Part shown: positions 14,601 through 24,246 of the stretch, piece by piece | Layout: the number at the start of each line of letters is the position of its first letter | Position numbering within the stretch: position 1 is the first letter of the stretch | Source of the DNA: an uncultured Verrucomicrobiota bacterium | GTDB taxonomy: Bacteria > Verrucomicrobiota > Kiritimatiellia > CAIQIC01 > Lenti-01 | DNA: 64,000 nucleotides | Direction of reading: 5' to 3' | Assembly: GCA_964526745.1 (NCBI GenBank) | Contig: CAZGMQ010000004.1 | Span: 518-64,517, forward strand | Program-made: the position numbers and the translations under genes | The notes under the pieces: model-generated | Told to the model about the DNA's origin: nothing | Database searches by the model: none | The model's input: the letters and a program-made list of their open reading frames with translations, nothing else

Positions 14601-17348
14601 ATGGCGAAAAAGAAGTATGTCTATTTTTATGGCTTCGGCAAAGAGAACACCGAAGGGGATGCCTCCATGAAGGCGATTCTGGGTGGAAAGGGTGCGAACC
14701 TGGCTGAAATGGCCAATGCCAATCTGCCCGTGCCTCCGGGATTCACGATTTCGACAGAAGCCTGTGCGTACTACGCGTCGCACAACAGCAAATACCCGAT
14801 GGGGATGAAAGATCAGCTCACGACTCAGTTGAAGAGGCTGGAAACCAAGTTGGGCAAAAAGTTGGGCGACCCGAAGAATCCTTTGCTGGTTTCCGTGCGT
14901 TCTGGCGCCGCCGTTTCCATGCCGGGTATGATGGACACCGTCTTGAACCTTGGTTTGAACGACAAGTCCATTCTTGGTTTTATTGAGAGCACCGGCAATG
15001 AGCGTACCGGTTGGGACTGCTATCGCCGTTTCATCGATATGTTCGGTAACGTGGTCATGGGCCCGACGACCGGTCTGAGCCATGATGACTTCGAAGAAGC
15101 GATGACCGAGCTGAAAAAGAAATATCGTGCGAAGGAAGACAATGACCTGACCGCCGAACAGCTCAAGGAGCTGTGCGAGATCTATAAGAAGGTCTATGTC
15201 AAGAAGGTGAAGAAGCCTTTCCCGCAGGATCCGATTGAGCAGTTGACGGCTTCCGTCGACGCCGTGTTCGGCAGCTGGAACAGCGAACGCGCTGAGAAGT
15301 ACCGCCAGATCAACAAGGTCACCGGTCTTCTCGGTACCGCGGTGAACGTCTGCACTATGGTCTTTGGTAACATGGGCGAAGAGTCCGGCACGGGCGTGGC
15401 TTTCACGCGTGATGGCGCTACCGGTTCCGTTGAGCCGATGGGTGAATATCTGATCGATGCGCAGGGTGAAGATGTGGTGGCGGGGATCCGCACGCCGAAG
15501 CACATTGATGAAATGCCGAAAGAGAAGAGCCCGGTGTGGAAGAAAGCCCACACGAAGCTTCTCTTGATCATGCGCAAGCTCGAAGCCCACTACAAGTATC
15601 CGCAGGATGTGGAGTTCACCGTTGAGCAAGGCACTCTCTGGATGCTGCAGACCCGTAACGCGAAACGTACCGGTCTGGCCGGCGTTCGCTGGGCCGTCGA
15701 AATGGCCACCGGTAAGGATTTCGTCACGGGCAAGTCTCAGAAGAAGATTCTGACCGCCAGTGAAGCCCTGGGCACTGTAATGGGCTCGGATCTCGAACAG
15801 TTGCTGTTCCCGATCTTCGATGTCGCCGTGGAGAAGAAGGCCAAGCCGTTTACCAAGGGTCTGCCGGCCGGTCCGGGCGCGGGCGTTGGCAAAATTGTCT
15901 TCGACGCCGCCACGGCTGAGAAGATCATTAAGGATAAGCCGGCTGAGAAGCTGATTCTCGTTCGTCATGAAACCAGCCCCGAAGATGTCGGTGGCATGTG
16001 GGCGGCGCAGGGGATTCTGACCAGCACCGGCGGCATGACCTCCCACGCGGCGGTTGTGGCTCGCGGCTGGGGCAAGTGCTGCATCGCGGGTGCCGGCGAC
16101 CTGGATATCAACTACAAGAAGAAAACGATCTCCGCCAACGGCAAGGTGCTGAAGGAAGGCGACTGGATCAGCTTGAACGGTTCGACCGGTGTGGTCTATG
16201 AAGGCCAGATCCCGACCGAAGCCAGCCCGGTGGTTGCCGCCGTGGTTGGGGGCAAGAAAGCCGCTCAGAAGCATCCTATCTATAAGATGTACAAGCAGAT
16301 CAGCGATTGGTCCGACAAGTTCCGCAAAATTGCGGTCCGTACCAACGCCGACAGCCCGAAGGATGCCAAGGCCGCCCGCGCGTTTGGTGCCCAGGGAATC
16401 GGCTTATGCCGAACCGAGCATATGTTCTTCGAAGGCGAGCGCATCTGGCCCGTCCGCGAGTTCATTCTTGCGGAAGACCTGAAGGCTCGTGAGAAGGCTT
16501 TGACCAAGCTCCTGCCTCTACAGCGGAGTGACTTCGAAGGTATCTTCAAGGCCATGGACGGCTATGGTGTGACGATTCGTCTTATCGATCCGCCTCTGCA
16601 TGAGTTTGTGCCGCATGATGCCGCCGGTATGGCGGAGATGGCTAAGCGCATGAAGACCAAGGTCTCTGTGGTGTCCGCCCGCGTGAAGAAGCTCCACGAG
16701 TTCAACCCCATGCTCGGTCATCGCGGTTGCCGTCTCTCCATCACCTATCCGGAATTGTGTGTCATGCAGACTCGCGCGATCATCGAAGCGGCCTGCAATG
16801 TCCTCAAGACTGGCCGCAAGGTGCTGCCTGAGATCATGGTCCCGCTGATCGGAACCAAGGCGGAACTCGACTTCCTCGCGGCGATCATCCGCAAGACGGC
16901 CGATGAGATCATCAAGGCCAAGAAGTCCAAGCTCAAGTACATGGTCGGTACCATGATTGAGATTCCCCGTGCGGCCCTGACGGCCGATGCGGTGGCTGAA
17001 TCGGCTGACTTCTTCAGCTTCGGTACCAATGACCTGACCCAGATGACCTTCGGATACAGCCGTGACGATATCGGCTCCTTCCTTCCGGATTATCTGGATC
17101 AGAAGATTCTGCCGGTGGATCCGTTCCTCCAGTTGGACGTCACCGGTGTGGGCCAGTTGGTGGAAATGGCGGTCAAGAAGGGCCGTGCCACCCGTCCCGG
17201 TCTCAAGTGCGGCATCTGCGGCGAACACGGTGGCGATCCTGCTTCCGTCAAGTTCTGCTGCAAAGTCGGCCTGAACTACGTGAGCTGCTCGCCGTACCGC
17301 GTGCCGATCGCTCGTTTGGCCGCCGCACAGGCTGCCCTCGGCGTATAA
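14601..17348 (+). CDS. ppdK: Pyruvate, phosphate dikinase
   Basis: LGGKGANLAEM, LLVSVRSGA, phospho-His motif GGMTSHAAVVARG, GIGLCRTEHMF, FSFGTNDLTQ, GICGEHGGDP; likely start MAKKKYVYF at 14601. Confidence 0.98.
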   Translation: MAKKKYVYFYGFGKENTEGDASMKAILGGKGANLAEMANANLPVPPGFTISTEACAYYASHNSKYPMGMKDQLTTQLKRLETKLGKKLGDPKNPLLVSVRSGAAVSMPGMMDTVLNLGLNDKSILGFIESTGNERTGWDCYRRFIDMFGNVVMGPTTGLSHDDFEEAMTELKKKYRAKEDNDLTAEQLKELCEIYKKVYVKKVKKPFPQDPIEQLTASVDAVFGSWNSERAEKYRQINKVTGLLGTAVNVCTMVFGNMGEESGTGVAFTRDGATGSVEPMGEYLIDAQGEDVVAGIRTPKHIDEMPKEKSPVWKKAHTKLLLIMRKLEAHYKYPQDVEFTVEQGTLWMLQTRNAKRTGLAGVRWAVEMATGKDFVTGKSQKKILTASEALGTVMGSDLEQLLFPIFDVAVEKKAKPFTKGLPAGPGAGVGKIVFDAATAEKIIKDKPAEKLILVRHETSPEDVGGMWAAQGILTSTGGMTSHAAVVARGWGKCCIAGAGDLDINYKKKTISANGKVLKEGDWISLNGSTGVVYEGQIPTEASPVVAAVVGGKKAAQKHPIYKMYKQISDWSDKFRKIAVRTNADSPKDAKAARAFGAQGIGLCRTEHMFFEGERIWPVREFILAEDLKAREKALTKLLPLQRSDFEGIFKAMDGYGVTIRLIDPPLHEFVPHDAAGMAEMAKRMKTKVSVVSARVKKLHEFNPMLGHRGCRLSITYPELCVMQTRAIIEAACNVLKTGRKVLPEIMVPLIGTKAELDFLAAIIRKTADEIIKAKKSKLKYMVGTMIEIPRAALTADAVAESADFFSFGTNDLTQMTFGYSRDDIGSFLPDYLDQKILPVDPFLQLDVTGVGQLVEMAVKKGRATRPGLKCGICGEHGGDPASVKFCCKVGLNYVSCSPYRVPIARLAAAQAALGV

Positions 17349-17378
17349 TAGGCCTTTTCCTTAGGAAAAGGACCTCCG

Positions 17379-17410
17379 TCCGCCCCCGAACCCCGGGGGC
17401 GGATTTTTTT
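17379..17410 (+). terminator. Intrinsic terminator after ppdK
   Basis: TCCGCCCCCG-AACCC-CGGGGGCGGA followed by T7. A second hairpin CCTTTTCC-TTA-GGAAAAGG lies just upstream. Confidence 0.9.
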
Positions 17411-17466
17411 ATACCGGTTTGGGAAGGTTTGTTTGATTCCGGGGGCGGATTTGATAATGTGACCAT

Positions 17467-18186
17467 ATGAGTAGGGACGTACTTCAAATTGGGAAATGGG
17501 CCGGATTGGCCGCGCTGTGTCTGGCGCTGGTCGCCGGGTGTTCCCGCGCCCCGGATGAGAGCCGTGAAGCGCGGGATCGCAACATGCGCCGGGCGGTTGC
17601 TTTCGAGAGCAAGCAGGATATCGATCAGGCTATCACCTGGTGTGAAAAAGCGCTGAATCGCCGTCCTGATTTAGCCTTGGCCCACCGAAAATTGGGTCTG
17701 ATGCTTCAGAATTACCGTCAGGATTATGTGGCGGCGCTGTACCACTACAACCGCTATCTGCAGTTGAGGCCCGAGAGTGAATATCGTGAGGATATCGAAG
17801 GATTTATTCAGACCTGCCGTCTGTCCTATGCCGCACAGATTGCCGCATCCCCCGATGAAGTGAAGCGTGAACTGCAGGCCCGCGATGCCCGGATCCGTGT
17901 GCTGGAGCAGGAACTGGCCGCTCTTCGTGCGGCGCAGGCCGGCACGGCTTCCCCGAGGGTGTCTGCCCCCGTCCGACGCCCGCAGGAATCGGATGTGGTG
18001 ATGCCCCCCGATGTGAATGCCCCCCGAATCCATGTGGTTGTGTCGGGTGAAAATTTGGCCACCATTTCCACACGATATTACGGTACGCCGTCCCGCTGGA
18101 AATATATTTTTAATGCGAATCAGGGCCGCCTGACGGATGCCAACAACATCCGGGTGGGCACACGTCTCGAGATTCCAGCTAATTGA
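17467..18186 (+). CDS. Lipoprotein with TPR repeats, coiled coil and C-terminal LysM domain
   Basis: Lipobox LALVAGC; TPR-like helices (AITWCEKALNRRPDLALAHRKLG, ALYHYNRYLQLRP); LysM HVVVSGENLATISTRYYG...IFNAN...IRVGTRLEIP. Confidence 0.85.
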   Translation: MSRDVLQIGKWAGLAALCLALVAGCSRAPDESREARDRNMRRAVAFESKQDIDQAITWCEKALNRRPDLALAHRKLGLMLQNYRQDYVAALYHYNRYLQLRPESEYREDIEGFIQTCRLSYAAQIAASPDEVKRELQARDARIRVLEQELAALRAAQAGTASPRVSAPVRRPQESDVVMPPDVNAPRIHVVVSGENLATISTRYYGTPSRWKYIFNANQGRLTDANNIRVGTRLEIPAN

Positions 18187-18201
18187 ACAGGAGCAGAGGA
18201 T

Positions 18202-18954
18202 ATGGGAACTGATTTTTTTGATGAAGATTTAGCCCGCGAGCGTGAAGAGGCGCTGAAGATCAAGCTGGACGGTCAGAGCGGGGGAGCTCCCCGCGATGGC
18301 GTGATCCCGTCGTCCCGCGATATACCGAACCGGCCGGTGTCCAGCCTGCCGCTGACCCATCTGGCTCGCCACAAGCAGGAAGTCAACGAGCAAATGGTGG
18401 ACAAGGCGCAGGAGCTGGACCGCTTGCGCATTCGTCAGGAAGAGCTGGAAGAGGAGCGGCGGATGCTCGAAGAGATGCGCCAGAAACAAGAGGCCTTTGA
18501 TCGTGATCGCCGCGACCTGAAGGAACGCCTCGGATCCGGGCTGGTCCGCATGGAAAAAGATCAGCTGCAGGCGGAACGCCTGGTTGAACTGCTGGAGGAA
18601 AGCCGCCGCATCTTCCAGTTGCGGAAGGCAGAGGTGTTGGCGCTGAACGAAGAGCAGTGGGAGGACGAAGAACTGCTGGATGAATTGAACAAGGCGCTTG
18701 GGCTGCTCGAAAATATTCGCTCCGATTACAACCAGGCAATGGCCAAAATCGATGCGGTCCGGCCGCATGCGGCCGGCACCGATATATCCATGTCTGCGAT
18801 GACGGCTTTTGAGCCGTCCTCGGCTCCGGCGGCGACCTCGGGGCAGGGCTTCGGGTATTGGTTCCGGGCGGGGCTGGCCTTCACGCTTCCGTTGATGGCG
18901 GTGCTGTCGCTGCTGCTGGTGGTCTGGATGCTGTTCTACTACTACTGGGCATAA
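18202..18954 (+). CDS. Hypothetical coiled-coil protein with C-terminal membrane anchor
   Basis: GGAG RBS; long E/R/Q/L-rich helical region; C-terminal hydrophobic FTLPLMAVLSLLLVVWMLFYYYW. Confidence 0.75.
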   Translation: MGTDFFDEDLAREREEALKIKLDGQSGGAPRDGVIPSSRDIPNRPVSSLPLTHLARHKQEVNEQMVDKAQELDRLRIRQEELEEERRMLEEMRQKQEAFDRDRRDLKERLGSGLVRMEKDQLQAERLVELLEESRRIFQLRKAEVLALNEEQWEDEELLDELNKALGLLENIRSDYNQAMAKIDAVRPHAAGTDISMSAMTAFEPSSAPAATSGQGFGYWFRAGLAFTLPLMAVLSLLLVVWMLFYYYWA

Positions 18955-18956
18955 CC

Positions 18957-19508
18957 ATGGCGGCGATACGAAAACAACAATCCTGGGAGCGGCGCTTGCG
19001 TGAAATTGAGCGCGAGAAAGCACGCGTCCGCGAACGGATGGATGACGTCCATCGCTGGGCCGACACCATTCCCGAAGCGGAGCGGGTCATCAAAGAGCCG
19101 AAATTCCGTGCGACGGCCATCCCGGACTCTCCCTACGATGAAGATCCCATCCGTCCTTTCGGAATGGTGTATAAAGAGGTCGGTGTCGTGGAGCGGCAGG
19201 CCGAAGAGATGCCGACGAATGAAAGCACTTTGGACTTCCAGCCCGGGCCGGAGGGGCTGGATACTAAACGGGTGGTTATGCCGCGGCTTCAACGGACCGA
19301 TTTGCTCCGTCCGGGTATCGGAAATCCGAATGCGCAGACCCATTTGCCGGAACCGGAGCACGAGCGCTTCCGCAGTTATTTCGGCACTGCGGGACTCAAG
19401 CGGGTCCGGCAGGCGCGCCGGGAGCGGGGCAGTCAGCGGCTGCGCACGTTCTTCATGATTTTGATGGTCCTGACCCTCGGATTCATTCTGTTGAAGATGG
19501 TGACATGA
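18957..19508 (+). CDS. Hypothetical protein with N-terminal charged helix and C-terminal TM helix
   Basis: ATG 2 nt after the upstream stop (MAAIRKQQSW); C-terminus TFFMILMVLTLGFILLKMVT; stop overlaps the ogt start (ATGA). Confidence 0.7.
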   Translation: MAAIRKQQSWERRLREIEREKARVRERMDDVHRWADTIPEAERVIKEPKFRATAIPDSPYDEDPIRPFGMVYKEVGVVERQAEEMPTNESTLDFQPGPEGLDTKRVVMPRLQRTDLLRPGIGNPNAQTHLPEPEHERFRSYFGTAGLKRVRQARRERGSQRLRTFFMILMVLTLGFILLKMVT

Positions 19509-20026
19509 GCGTGAAGGGTACCGACCTCCAGCGTGCAGTGCTGGAGACCACATGGGGTCCTGTTATCATCGAGGCCAGTCGCCGGGGCGTTCTGTCTTGC
19601 ACAATGCCCCCCGCACTGGTGGAAACGGCTTCTTTTCGGATTCTTCGCATGCGACTTCCCCGCAATCCGACTCCTGTTCTTCAGAAAGCGGCCGCTTATG
19701 CTCGTGCCTTGCTGGAGGGCTGCAAGCCCGGAAGGTGTCCTGCGCTGGACGCTGCCTGGGATTCCTCCGCAACGGTTTTTCGACGCGCGACATGGAGCGC
19801 GCTGCGAAAGATCCCGAGAGGCAAAACAGCGACCTATGCTGAACTGGCGCGTCAGGCCGGGTCTCCGAAGGCGTCCCGGGCCGTTGGGGGGGCTTGCGGT
19901 GCCAATCCCATTCCGCTGTTTGTTCCTTGTCATCGCGTCATCGCTGCCGGCGGAAAGCTGGGTGGATTTTCTTCGGGTACAGCCTGGAAGCTTCTCCTCC
20001 TGAACGGGGAGGGGGTGTCTCTGTGA
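19505..20026 (+). CDS. ogt: Methylated-DNA-protein-cysteine S-methyltransferase
   Basis: IPRGKTATYAELA, RAVGGACGANP and active-site VPCHRVI. Confidence 0.95.
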   Translation: MSVKGTDLQRAVLETTWGPVIIEASRRGVLSCTMPPALVETASFRILRMRLPRNPTPVLQKAAAYARALLEGCKPGRCPALDAAWDSSATVFRRATWSALRKIPRGKTATYAELARQAGSPKASRAVGGACGANPIPLFVPCHRVIAAGGKLGGFSSGTAWKLLLLNGEGVSL

Positions 20027-21111
20027 AGGTTGCCGTGGCATGTGGTGGAACTGGTGGACATGTGTTCCCCGGCCTGGCAACGGCGCGGGAGCTGTTGAGC
20101 CGGGGCCATGAAGTGACGCTCTGGATGACCGGTCGTGACACCGAACAGGCTGCGCTGAAGGATTGGGACGGCCCCGTGGTTCAGGTGCCGGCCCAGGGAT
20201 TTCCTTCCGGTATTTCCCTCAAGTCGTTTCAGACGGCGTGGAAGCTGTCCCGTGCGGTGTGGCGGTGTCGCACGGCCATGCGTCGGGATCGTCCGGATGT
20301 CCTGCTGGCCATGGGCTCCTATGCCTCCGTCGGACCTTGCAGTGCGGCGCGTCTGCTGGGTGTCCCCATTGTGCTGCATGAAGCGAATGTGATTCCCGGA
20401 CGTGCCGTGCGCCTGTTCTCGAGCGCCGCTGCCGCGGTTGGGGCGGGCTTTGAAGAAACCCGGTTCCATTTGCGCAAAGCCACTCTCCAGGTCGTCGGTA
20501 TCCCGTTGCGCGCCGAGTTGACCGAAGCGGCCAGCGGGCTCCCGCCCCGGGAGGCTGTGGTGCACACGCCTTTCCATCTCTTGGTCGTAGGCGGCAGTCT
20601 GGGAGCGCATCGCTTGAATGAAGTGGTCGTGGAGACCCTAGCCCGCCTACAGAAAACAAATCTGAAACTATCCGTCACTCATTTGACCGGCACCAAGGAT
20701 GAAGAGACCGTTCGCGAGGCCTATGCCGCTGCCCACGTACAAGCCGATGTGATCGCGTTCACCAAATACATGGCCCCTCTGTATCACGATGCCGACCTCG
20801 CCATCTGTCGTGCGGGGGCCTCCACCTGTGCAGAATTGGCATTCTTCGGTGTGCCGGCATTGTTTGTTCCCTATCCCAGTGCGGCGATGGATCACCAGAC
20901 TGCGAACGCGCATGCATTGGAAAAACGTGGCACGGCCGATGTGGTCGCCGAATCGGCGCTGACGCCGGAATGGCTCGAGGCCTATCTGGCCGAGACGGTG
21001 CGAAAGCCGGAACGGTTAGCCCGCCTGCGCGAGGCCGCGCCCCGCGAGGGGGTGCAGGATGGAACCGTGGCCTTGGCGACCCTCGTGGAGTCGAACGCGC
21101 GCATCTCATGA
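20023..21111 (+). CDS. murG: MurG glycosyltransferase
   Basis: GGTGGHVFPG, HEANVIPGRA, GGSLGA, RAGAST, PYP...DHQTANA; GTG start overlaps the ogt stop. Confidence 0.96.
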   Translation: MKVAVACGGTGGHVFPGLATARELLSRGHEVTLWMTGRDTEQAALKDWDGPVVQVPAQGFPSGISLKSFQTAWKLSRAVWRCRTAMRRDRPDVLLAMGSYASVGPCSAARLLGVPIVLHEANVIPGRAVRLFSSAAAAVGAGFEETRFHLRKATLQVVGIPLRAELTEAASGLPPREAVVHTPFHLLVVGGSLGAHRLNEVVVETLARLQKTNLKLSVTHLTGTKDEETVREAYAAAHVQADVIAFTKYMAPLYHDADLAICRAGASTCAELAFFGVPALFVPYPSAAMDHQTANAHALEKRGTADVVAESALTPEWLEAYLAETVRKPERLARLREAAPREGVQDGTVALATLVESNARIS

Positions 21112-22526
21112 CGGCCGTCAGCGACAACGGGTGGCGCGACGAAATCCGGCGGTGGGTTTCCACTCCGGCATCTCGAGTTCATTTGATGGGGGTTGGCGGC
21201 ATTGGAATGGCCGGTGTCGCACGTTTACTTGCGGCGCGAGGTCTTCAGGTCACCGGATGCGATGGCACGGCGTCGCGCCTGCTGGATGGATTAGTCGCTT
21301 CAGGCATTCCTGTGGGCGTGGGGCATGACCCGGCGCATCTGGATGGGGTGGATTGGGCCATTTTCAGCCCCGCCCTGCAGCCGGATCATCCCGAGCGGCT
21401 GGCCGCCGAAGCGCAGGGCATTCCGTTGTTCCGCCGCGGTCAGGTGCTGCCTGTTCTGACTGAGCAATGGAAAACCATCGCGGTTTCAGGAACCCATGGG
21501 AAAACAAGCACCTCTTCCATGATCGCTCACCTGATGCGTGCCTGCGGTGAAGATGCGTCCTGGTGCATCGGCGGTGAACTGGCGCCGGATGGTTCGCCCG
21601 CCGGCATTGGCACTTCAGAGTGGCTGGTGGTCGAGGCGGATGAAAGCGATGCGACCCTTGCTTACTATCATCCGGAAATCGCGGTCATTACCAATATTGA
21701 ATTCGACCACATGGAGCACTATGCCTCTCCGGAAACCATGATCGATTGCTTCCGAACTTTTGCCCAGCAGACCCGCGGACCCGTAGTCTATTGTGAGGAA
21801 GATGCAGAAGCAAAAATTATCGGTGAAGCCCTGGACGGGATTTCCTATGGCTTCTCCGCTGCCGCAGACTTTTGTGCAGATGCGTTGGAAATAGGCCGCG
21901 AAGGGACCCGTTTTACGGTTCAGACCCGCGAGGGGCAGTCCGCCAGCGCCTTTTTGCCTTTAACAGGCCGCCACAACGTCCACAACGCCCTCGGGGCTAT
22001 TGCGGCTTGCGTGGCTGCAGGAGTCGATCTCGAGGCCGCTTGTGCCGCCCTGAAAAGCTTTGCTTTGCCCCGGCGCCGCTTTGAGCGGGTAGCCGCCGCC
22101 CGCGGCATCCAGGTGCTGGCGGACTATGCGCATCATCCATCGGAAATCCGGGCCGTGATTGATGCGGCGCAACAAGCCGGTGCCCAACGGATTTGGGCAG
22201 TCTTTCAGCCCCATCGCTATACGCGGACGCTGGCCCTGAGGAGGGATTATCCGCCGGCCTTTGATGGCGTGGCCGGTGTCATCCTCACACCGGTCTATGC
22301 TGCGAGTGAATCGCCGATGGAGGGTGGAACTTCGCAGGATCTGCTTCACGGTTTCGAACGGCATGCCGGGGCTCTTGCGGAACTGGCTGTGAATCTGAAC
22401 GATGCCGCAACACGCGTGACCGATCGCTGGGAACCTGGCGACTGGATTCTACTGATTGGTGCCGGCGATATAGAGAACCTGGGTCCCATATTGAAGCAGC
22501 AGTTGGAAGGGGCGCTGGAGTCCTAG
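21108..22526 (+). CDS. murC: UDP-N-acetylmuramate-L-alanine ligase
   Basis: HLMGVGGIGM, GTHGKTST, EADESD, TNIEFDH, DYAHHPSE, FQPHRYTRT; start overlaps the murG stop. Confidence 0.96.
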   Translation: MTAVSDNGWRDEIRRWVSTPASRVHLMGVGGIGMAGVARLLAARGLQVTGCDGTASRLLDGLVASGIPVGVGHDPAHLDGVDWAIFSPALQPDHPERLAAEAQGIPLFRRGQVLPVLTEQWKTIAVSGTHGKTSTSSMIAHLMRACGEDASWCIGGELAPDGSPAGIGTSEWLVVEADESDATLAYYHPEIAVITNIEFDHMEHYASPETMIDCFRTFAQQTRGPVVYCEEDAEAKIIGEALDGISYGFSAAADFCADALEIGREGTRFTVQTREGQSASAFLPLTGRHNVHNALGAIAACVAAGVDLEAACAALKSFALPRRRFERVAAARGIQVLADYAHHPSEIRAVIDAAQQAGAQRIWAVFQPHRYTRTLALRRDYPPAFDGVAGVILTPVYAASESPMEGGTSQDLLHGFERHAGALAELAVNLNDAATRVTDRWEPGDWILLIGAGDIENLGPILKQQLEGALES

Positions 22527-22532
22527 GCCGGT

Positions 22533-23144
22533 CTAGGTTCGTCGGGAGCGGCAGTAGATGTCCCAGAGCGCATCGCGCGCGGCAGAGGGATCGGGGGCAA
22601 AAGCAATGATTCCATCTTCATGTCCGGCCATGACCAGACAGGCCACCGAGGGGAGCGAGGCTGCCAGTTTCCCTAACCCGCGTGCCATCTCTGGCGTTCC
22701 GAAAGCGGCATCGGCCGGTGTCTGCGGTGCGCCTTCCTGAATCAACATTCGGTACAGGATGGAATCATGGATATGGATGACGGCATTTGTGTCCGGTCGG
22801 GTAGCATAAACGGCGCCATGGCTCATGGCTTCAGAGGAAGCGGGCAGGGGCCCCTTGCAGGTCACATGGTTTTGGTCGATGTCGAAGTCCAGCACCTCGC
22901 AGAAGTGTCTGGCTTTAATCGGAAACTGCAGGCCGGTGCCACTGCCGGTAATGACAAATCGATTTGTTCTGTCCACTCGCGTACTGATATTCCCGTAGCC
23001 GATTCCTTCCGGCAGGACACCGATGAGTTCCCACGCATGCAGGTCATCGCGGATATGCATCAGTTCATGGAGGCGCGGATGCGTCGGGGCTGGGCCCTCC
23101 TCATGCGCGTAGGAGAACTTGATATATCCTTCATCTGGATGCAT
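22533..23144 (-). CDS. Class II aldolase/adducin family protein (MtnB- or Ald2/DrdA-like)
   Basis: GYGNIS, ITGSG, SSEAMSH, IHIH and AGHEDG give the class II aldolase Glu plus Zn-His triad. Start taken at MHPDEG (23144; alternative 23165). Coupled to mtnA. Confidence 0.8.
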   Translation of the reverse strand: MHPDEGYIKFSYAHEEGPAPTHPRLHELMHIRDDLHAWELIGVLPEGIGYGNISTRVDRTNRFVITGSGTGLQFPIKARHFCEVLDFDIDQNHVTCKGPLPASSEAMSHGAVYATRPDTNAVIHIHDSILYRMLIQEGAPQTPADAAFGTPEMARGLGKLAASLPSVACLVMAGHEDGIIAFAPDPSAARDALWDIYCRSRRT

Positions 23145-24246
23145 CAGGTCTTTCGTGAAGCGCATGCAGCCCCTCGCGGGAGGCTGGCGAAATGCCCTGC
23201 TCGGTGATGATGCCCGTCACGAGTCGCGCCGGGGTGACATCAAATCCGAAGTTTGCTGCCCGAGTGCCTTCAGGGCAGATTCGGATGGTTACGGCCTTCC
23301 CGGATGCTTCATCCCAGCCCGTCATCCGGCAGACCTCGTCTGCGCCGCGCTCCTCGATGACGATTTCCTTCACGCCATCGCCGATTTCCCAATCGATGGT
23401 CGAGGACGGCAGGGCCGCGTAGAAAGGGATCCCGTTGTCGTGTGCCGCCAGTGCCTTCAGATAGGTCCCGATTTTATTAGCCACATCGCCATTCGCCGTG
23501 GTCCGGTCAGAACCGACAAAAACGATGTCGACCTGCCCGTGCTGCATCAGATGCCCGCCGGCATTGTCCGGGATCAGCGTGTGGGGGACCCCGTGATGCC
23601 CGAGCTCCCAGGTGGTCAGGGAGGCACCCTGATTCCGCGGGCGGGTTTCATCCACCCATACATGAACGGGGATGCCTTCATTGAAGGCCGCATAGACCGG
23701 GGCCAGGGCTGTGCCATGATCCACGAACGCCAGCCACCCCGCATTGCAATGGGTCAGGATATTGACCGGTTCGCCATTCTTCTTTTTTGCGATCTCGCGA
23801 ATCAGCTCCAGCCCGTGCTGTCCGATGCGACGACAGAAGTCGGCATCCTCGTCCGTGATTTCCTGAGCGACGCGCAGAGCGCAGGCTACACGGTCTTCGG
23901 GCGTGCTGCAGGAAGTCAGTGCCTTCTGCATCCGTTCGACAGCCCATTCCAGGTTTCTCGCAGTGGGGCGGGTAGCAATCAAGGCCAATGCCTCGGCCTG
24001 CATCTGATCCGCAAAATCTGCTTGAGTTGCATGTTTCAGCACCGCCAGGTAGATGCCCCAGGCCGCAGCGGCCCCGATCAGCCCGGCGCCCCGCAGATGC
24101 ATCCGCGATATCGCTTCACACATTTCTTTGGGAGACCGCAACTCCATGACCGCAAATTCATGCGGCAGGAGGGCCTGGTCGATAATCTGTACGCAATCCG
24201 GCTCTTCCAGCCAGATCGTCCGATAGTGTTTTCCGTCCACATTCAT
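23131..24246 (-). CDS. mtnA: S-methyl-5-thioribose-1-phosphate isomerase
   Basis: IIDQALLP, LRGAGLIG, RPTARNL, LTHCNAGWLA, VDETRPRNQG, NGDVANKIGT; start MNVDGKHY. Confidence 0.93.
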   Translation of the reverse strand: MNVDGKHYRTIWLEEPDCVQIIDQALLPHEFAVMELRSPKEMCEAISRMHLRGAGLIGAAAAWGIYLAVLKHATQADFADQMQAEALALIATRPTARNLEWAVERMQKALTSCSTPEDRVACALRVAQEITDEDADFCRRIGQHGLELIREIAKKKNGEPVNILTHCNAGWLAFVDHGTALAPVYAAFNEGIPVHVWVDETRPRNQGASLTTWELGHHGVPHTLIPDNAGGHLMQHGQVDIVFVGSDRTTANGDVANKIGTYLKALAAHDNGIPFYAALPSSTIDWEIGDGVKEIVIEERGADEVCRMTGWDEASGKAVTIRICPEGTRAANFGFDVTPARLVTGIITEQGISPASREGLHALHERPDASR

